A DNA stretch of 64,000 nucleotides, from the IMG/VR virus record IMGVR_UViG_3300013132_002633, positions 1 through 64,000 of that record, one strand, 5' to 3'. The notes under the pieces are model-generated. The model saw nothing but the letters and a program-made list of their open reading frames with translations, did not search any database and was not told where the DNA came from. Position numbers and translations under genes: made by a program. Shown here piece by piece: positions 61,447 to 64,000 of the stretch. This DNA is from a virus. Position 1 is the stretch's first letter, and every line of letters begins with the position of its first letter.

Positions 61447-61668
61447 TTATTGGTTTAATCCTTTATTTGATAAAGAAAATGGAGTGTTGTGACTCAGTTT
61501 TTGACTGATACTTTCGCTGATTTCGGTTTGAAAATTTATGTCGTTTAAATATTTTTCAAGACATTTGTTTACAAAATCTTGAAGAGATATCTTTCCACGA
61601 ACATTTTCTTCTTTAAATTGATTGTACAATTCCAGATTTAATTTTACTGTGGTTACAACTTGATCCAT
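61447..61668 (-). CDS. Ribbon-helix-helix-like small DNA-binding protein
   Basis: TTVKLNLELYNQFK...ISLQDFVNKCLEKYL. Confidence 0.6.
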   Translation of the reverse strand: MDQVVTTVKLNLELYNQFKEENVRGKISLQDFVNKCLEKYLNDINFQTEISESISQKLSHNTPFSLSNKGLNQ

Positions 61669-61680
61669 AACGTATATGAA

Positions 61681-61709
61681 TATATATATATGTACATATG
61701 TACATATGT
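61681..61709. repeat. Overlapping palindromes (ATATGTAC 8-bp period), candidate operator
   Basis: ACATATGTACATATGT perfect palindrome at 61694-61709, ATATGTACATAT at 61688-61699, (TA)5. Confidence 0.55.
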
Positions 61710-61725
61710 TTATTATAATTTTATA

Positions 61726-62607
61726 TCAAACTTTATCTGCTTTGGCATCGCACGTTTTTTTATAATGTGTACAATATTTACAATTTTTCTTTCTATCTCC
61801 TGGAATTTTTGGATATGAGTTGTCAGTATTGTATGAACCATCTGATTTAAATCCGTGATCTAAGAACTGAATAAAATTGTTTATAGACTCTTTTATTACT
61901 GAAGAAGAACTAGCGGGTTTAAATATCTGTATACGACTTTGTGGAAATGACACACCTTCCAGAAGTTTTCTTTTAACTATAAAGAATTCTACGTCAATCG
62001 CATTTAATGGTACATTAAACTTTTTGCTATAAACGCTTTTGTACAAATGAAGTTGAGAATATTTGCTTTCATCTTCTTTTTGATATTTGTTCCAACCTTG
62101 CGTTGATGTTTTAAAGTCGATAATGCGATATCGTTCTACATTTTTTTCTTTAAGTACTAAATCTATAAATCCAACGAAATCAATATTATTTTTGATTGGA
62201 ATTTCCAATGGAATTTCTATACCTATCAGTTCATAATCTCCGTGAGGAAAGTATTTAATTCTATTAGACGATTTGAGAAAAACATCTATAATATCATGCC
62301 CATCAAAAATAAAATCGGTATATTCTTCTTCGGAGTACTCCTTTACCTTCAATACTTCTTCCGCAAATTTATCTTGAAATAGTTTTTTAACATCCAGTGA
62401 TTCAGCAGAATTTACACTGTCATTGTACAAAACTGTCAAATACGTTTGAAATGCATGATGAATTGCTGTTCCAAATGTTGTATTCAAACTGTCGTCACGC
62501 TCACGAAGGCCATCAATATAGTCTAGTTTCCATTTATGTGGACATTTTAAAAATGTAGCATATTGACTAAAACTGACACGTTTCTTTTTATTTTCTTGTA
62601 ATTCCAT
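61726..62607 (-). CDS. PD-(D/E)XK RecB/Cas4-like exonuclease
   Basis: SFSQ...CP, FGTAIH, GFIDLV, IIDFKT, QLHLY, CKYC...C. Confidence 0.8.
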   Translation of the reverse strand: MELQENKKKRVSFSQYATFLKCPHKWKLDYIDGLRERDDSLNTTFGTAIHHAFQTYLTVLYNDSVNSAESLDVKKLFQDKFAEEVLKVKEYSEEEYTDFIFDGHDIIDVFLKSSNRIKYFPHGDYELIGIEIPLEIPIKNNIDFVGFIDLVLKEKNVERYRIIDFKTSTQGWNKYQKEDESKYSQLHLYKSVYSKKFNVPLNAIDVEFFIVKRKLLEGVSFPQSRIQIFKPASSSSVIKESINNFIQFLDHGFKSDGSYNTDNSYPKIPGDRKKNCKYCTHYKKTCDAKADKV

Positions 62608-62613
62608 TCTTTA

Positions 62614-62641
62614 ATGTTAAACTGTATTTGACAAAAGTCAA
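62614..62641 (-). promoter_or_regulatory. Sigma70-type promoter for leftward genes
   Basis: TTGACT-16 bp-TAACAT on minus strand. Confidence 0.45.
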
Positions 62642-62665
62642 ATCATAACAACTATATATTAACAT

Positions 62666-63409
62666 ATGATAAAAATACTAAATTTACTGACTATCTTGAG
62701 TTCGTTAACATTACAAGCCGACAATTTGTTTTTATACGATAAAACGAATAAAGTTGAAATATCTGATATACGAGATAATAAATTAAATGCATTTACAACT
62801 ACAATTGGTAAAACATATTCACTTAAAAACAGTTTAAGTGTTATAACCGATACAAATTCTGAATGTTTGTATGTGGTACCACATCAAATAGTCATGCTTC
62901 AGAGAGAAATTACATCGGTATATTTCAGTGGAGACAATATACAATATCATAACGATTTTACATTACCATCTGTTGTAAAAATAAAAGAATCATTATTTAA
63001 TATTTCATCAAATGGAGAACTTTACGTATCAAGTAAAAACACCAATCAAAACGTAATTGGTACAAGTATGGTAAACATTTCTTTTGGTAAAGCGGATTTA
63101 TTTATTAAATCTGGCGAAAAATATACTCAAGTATTTGTAAACGAGGGTGTTGTAACAGTGTTGGATAATAAATCCAGTAAAAAGAAAAAAGAACTTAAAG
63201 CTGGAGATTATTTGGTGGTTACTCCTCAAATCGTATTAAATCCAAAAGACAGTAGTTTAAAAAGCTTGGGTAACAGTTTTAGTATAAAAGAAACTGAAGA
63301 TGATGAGATTCAAGCACATAAGAAAACGTTTGATAATTTGCAAAATGTTTTGTACAATACATTGTTTGTTAATTATGAAACAAATATATTTGGAATTAAA
63401 TTAAAATGA
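62666..63409 (+). CDS. Exported beta-rich protein, FecR-like
   Basis: Signal peptide; TQVFVNEGVVTV...ELKAGD. Confidence 0.5.
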   Translation: MIKILNLLTILSSLTLQADNLFLYDKTNKVEISDIRDNKLNAFTTTIGKTYSLKNSLSVITDTNSECLYVVPHQIVMLQREITSVYFSGDNIQYHNDFTLPSVVKIKESLFNISSNGELYVSSKNTNQNVIGTSMVNISFGKADLFIKSGEKYTQVFVNEGVVTVLDNKSSKKKKELKAGDYLVVTPQIVLNPKDSSLKSLGNSFSIKETEDDEIQAHKKTFDNLQNVLYNTLFVNYETNIFGIKLK

Positions 63410-63635
63410 GACTAGATCAACTTACTTCACTTACTGATGACGAACTATCTATGCTTTGGGGATGTGTCAACTTGGTTAACCAAAGATAATAAACGCTTAT
63501 ACACTTGATCCAGAATTATTTGTAACTATTAAGCATTCACGATTGATGGATCGACTCATGTATTGTAAGCCAAAAATAAAACAAGAACATCAATTAATTT
63601 TTGATGGACTTTTAAATAAATTGAAGATAACATAA
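63406..63635 (+). pseudogene. ~76-aa hypothetical gene with 1-nt frameshift near 63480
   Basis: MRLDQLTSLTDDELSMLWGCVNLVN then KIINAYTLDPELF...KLKIT-stop in the -1 frame; ATG-to-TAA span 230 nt. Confidence 0.55.
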
Positions 63636-63639
63636 CAGA

Positions 63640-64000
63640 ATGTATCAGAATATATTTGTTTCTCGAAAAGAAAATACGGTTTACTTGTGGGACGATATTA
63701 AAGGAATGATTAAATTCCCATATCGTCCGTATGCCTATCGAAAATCTCAACGTGGCATGTATAAAAGTATTTACGGCGATACCTTGGAAAAAATTTATAA
63801 ATTCTCACCAAGAGATCCTAGTTTATTTGAAAGTGATGTACATCCTGAAACAAGAATTCTGATTGATGGTTACGAAGACAGTGATGAACCATCTATTGGA
63901 CATCGTGTTCTTTATTTGGATATTGAAGTTAGTACTGAAGGCGGTTTTCCAAACATGGAAACTGCCGATAAAGAAATTACAGCTATCGCAATCTATGATA
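63640..64000 (+). CDS. Family-B DNA polymerase, N-terminal/3'-5' exonuclease part (3'-truncated; absent from ORF track)
   Basis: MYQNIFV...VYLWDD...FESDVHPETRILID...VLYLDIEVSTEGGFPN...EITAIAIYD (ExoI DIE motif). Confidence 0.8.
   Translation, partial: MYQNIFVSRKENTVYLWDDIKGMIKFPYRPYAYRKSQRGMYKSIYGDTLEKIYKFSPRDPSLFESDVHPETRILIDGYEDSDEPSIGHRVLYLDIEVSTEGGFPNMETADKEITAIAIYD

Noticed and set aside
61726-62607. CRISPR-Cas (Cas4)
   Set aside because: No repeat-spacer array or other cas genes seen; solo Cas4-like nucleases are common in phages
63470-63490. Programmed frameshift in the small gene before PolB
   Set aside because: No slippery heptamer; a single missing base in a short C run explains it
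154-63750. Short antisense or nested ORFs in the track (e.g. 154..387, 9474..10040, 37304..37663, 63556..63750)
   Set aside because: Shadows of well-supported genes on the other strand or frame, without motifs
1-64000. Genome-wide TAG reassignment (code 15) as explanation for the RNase H stop
   Set aside because: Genes are full-length and dense under code 11; only one in-frame TAG was noticed, and TAG appears to end ORF 38026..39210
1-64000. tRNA/rRNA genes
   Set aside because: No cloverleaf or T-loop signature noticed in the short intergenic regions by eye; a tRNAscan run would be needed to exclude them

Overview
AT-rich, gene-dense 64-kb segment of a large T4-like (myovirus/jumbo-type) dsDNA phage, standard genetic code. 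+ strand, 1-41.8 kb: tail fibre, tail tube, baseplate and tape-measure genes, then a PolA-like protein, gp32-like SSB, UvsX/RecA, FEN/RNase H, gp41/DnaB, class II RNR, MoxR-vWA, UvsE and a dNMP kinase. - strand, 41.8-62.6 kb: a ~19-kb glycosyltransferase/methyltransferase/sugar-nucleotide cluster with dUTPase. A family-B DNA polymerase starts at the right edge. The main observation is that three consecutive replication genes cannot give their proteins by simple translation. UvsX/RecA and the helicase are each encoded as three polypeptides joined by two split inteins (four pairs in total; N-halves of 13, 15, 66 and 89 aa), and three of the four breaks contain a free-standing Vsr-like endonuclease. 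The FEN/RNase H gene has TTG-TAG-TTA (Leu-stop-Leu) inside its catalytic DGLN motif, the geometry of a ribosomal stop-hop. A likely programmed frameshift at a T7 run precedes the tape-measure gene, and a TATTTAT(A) motif marks late genes. Two single-base frameshifts near the window ends look like assembly errors, so single-base observations need read-level confirmation. All family assignments come from motif recognition, not database searches.
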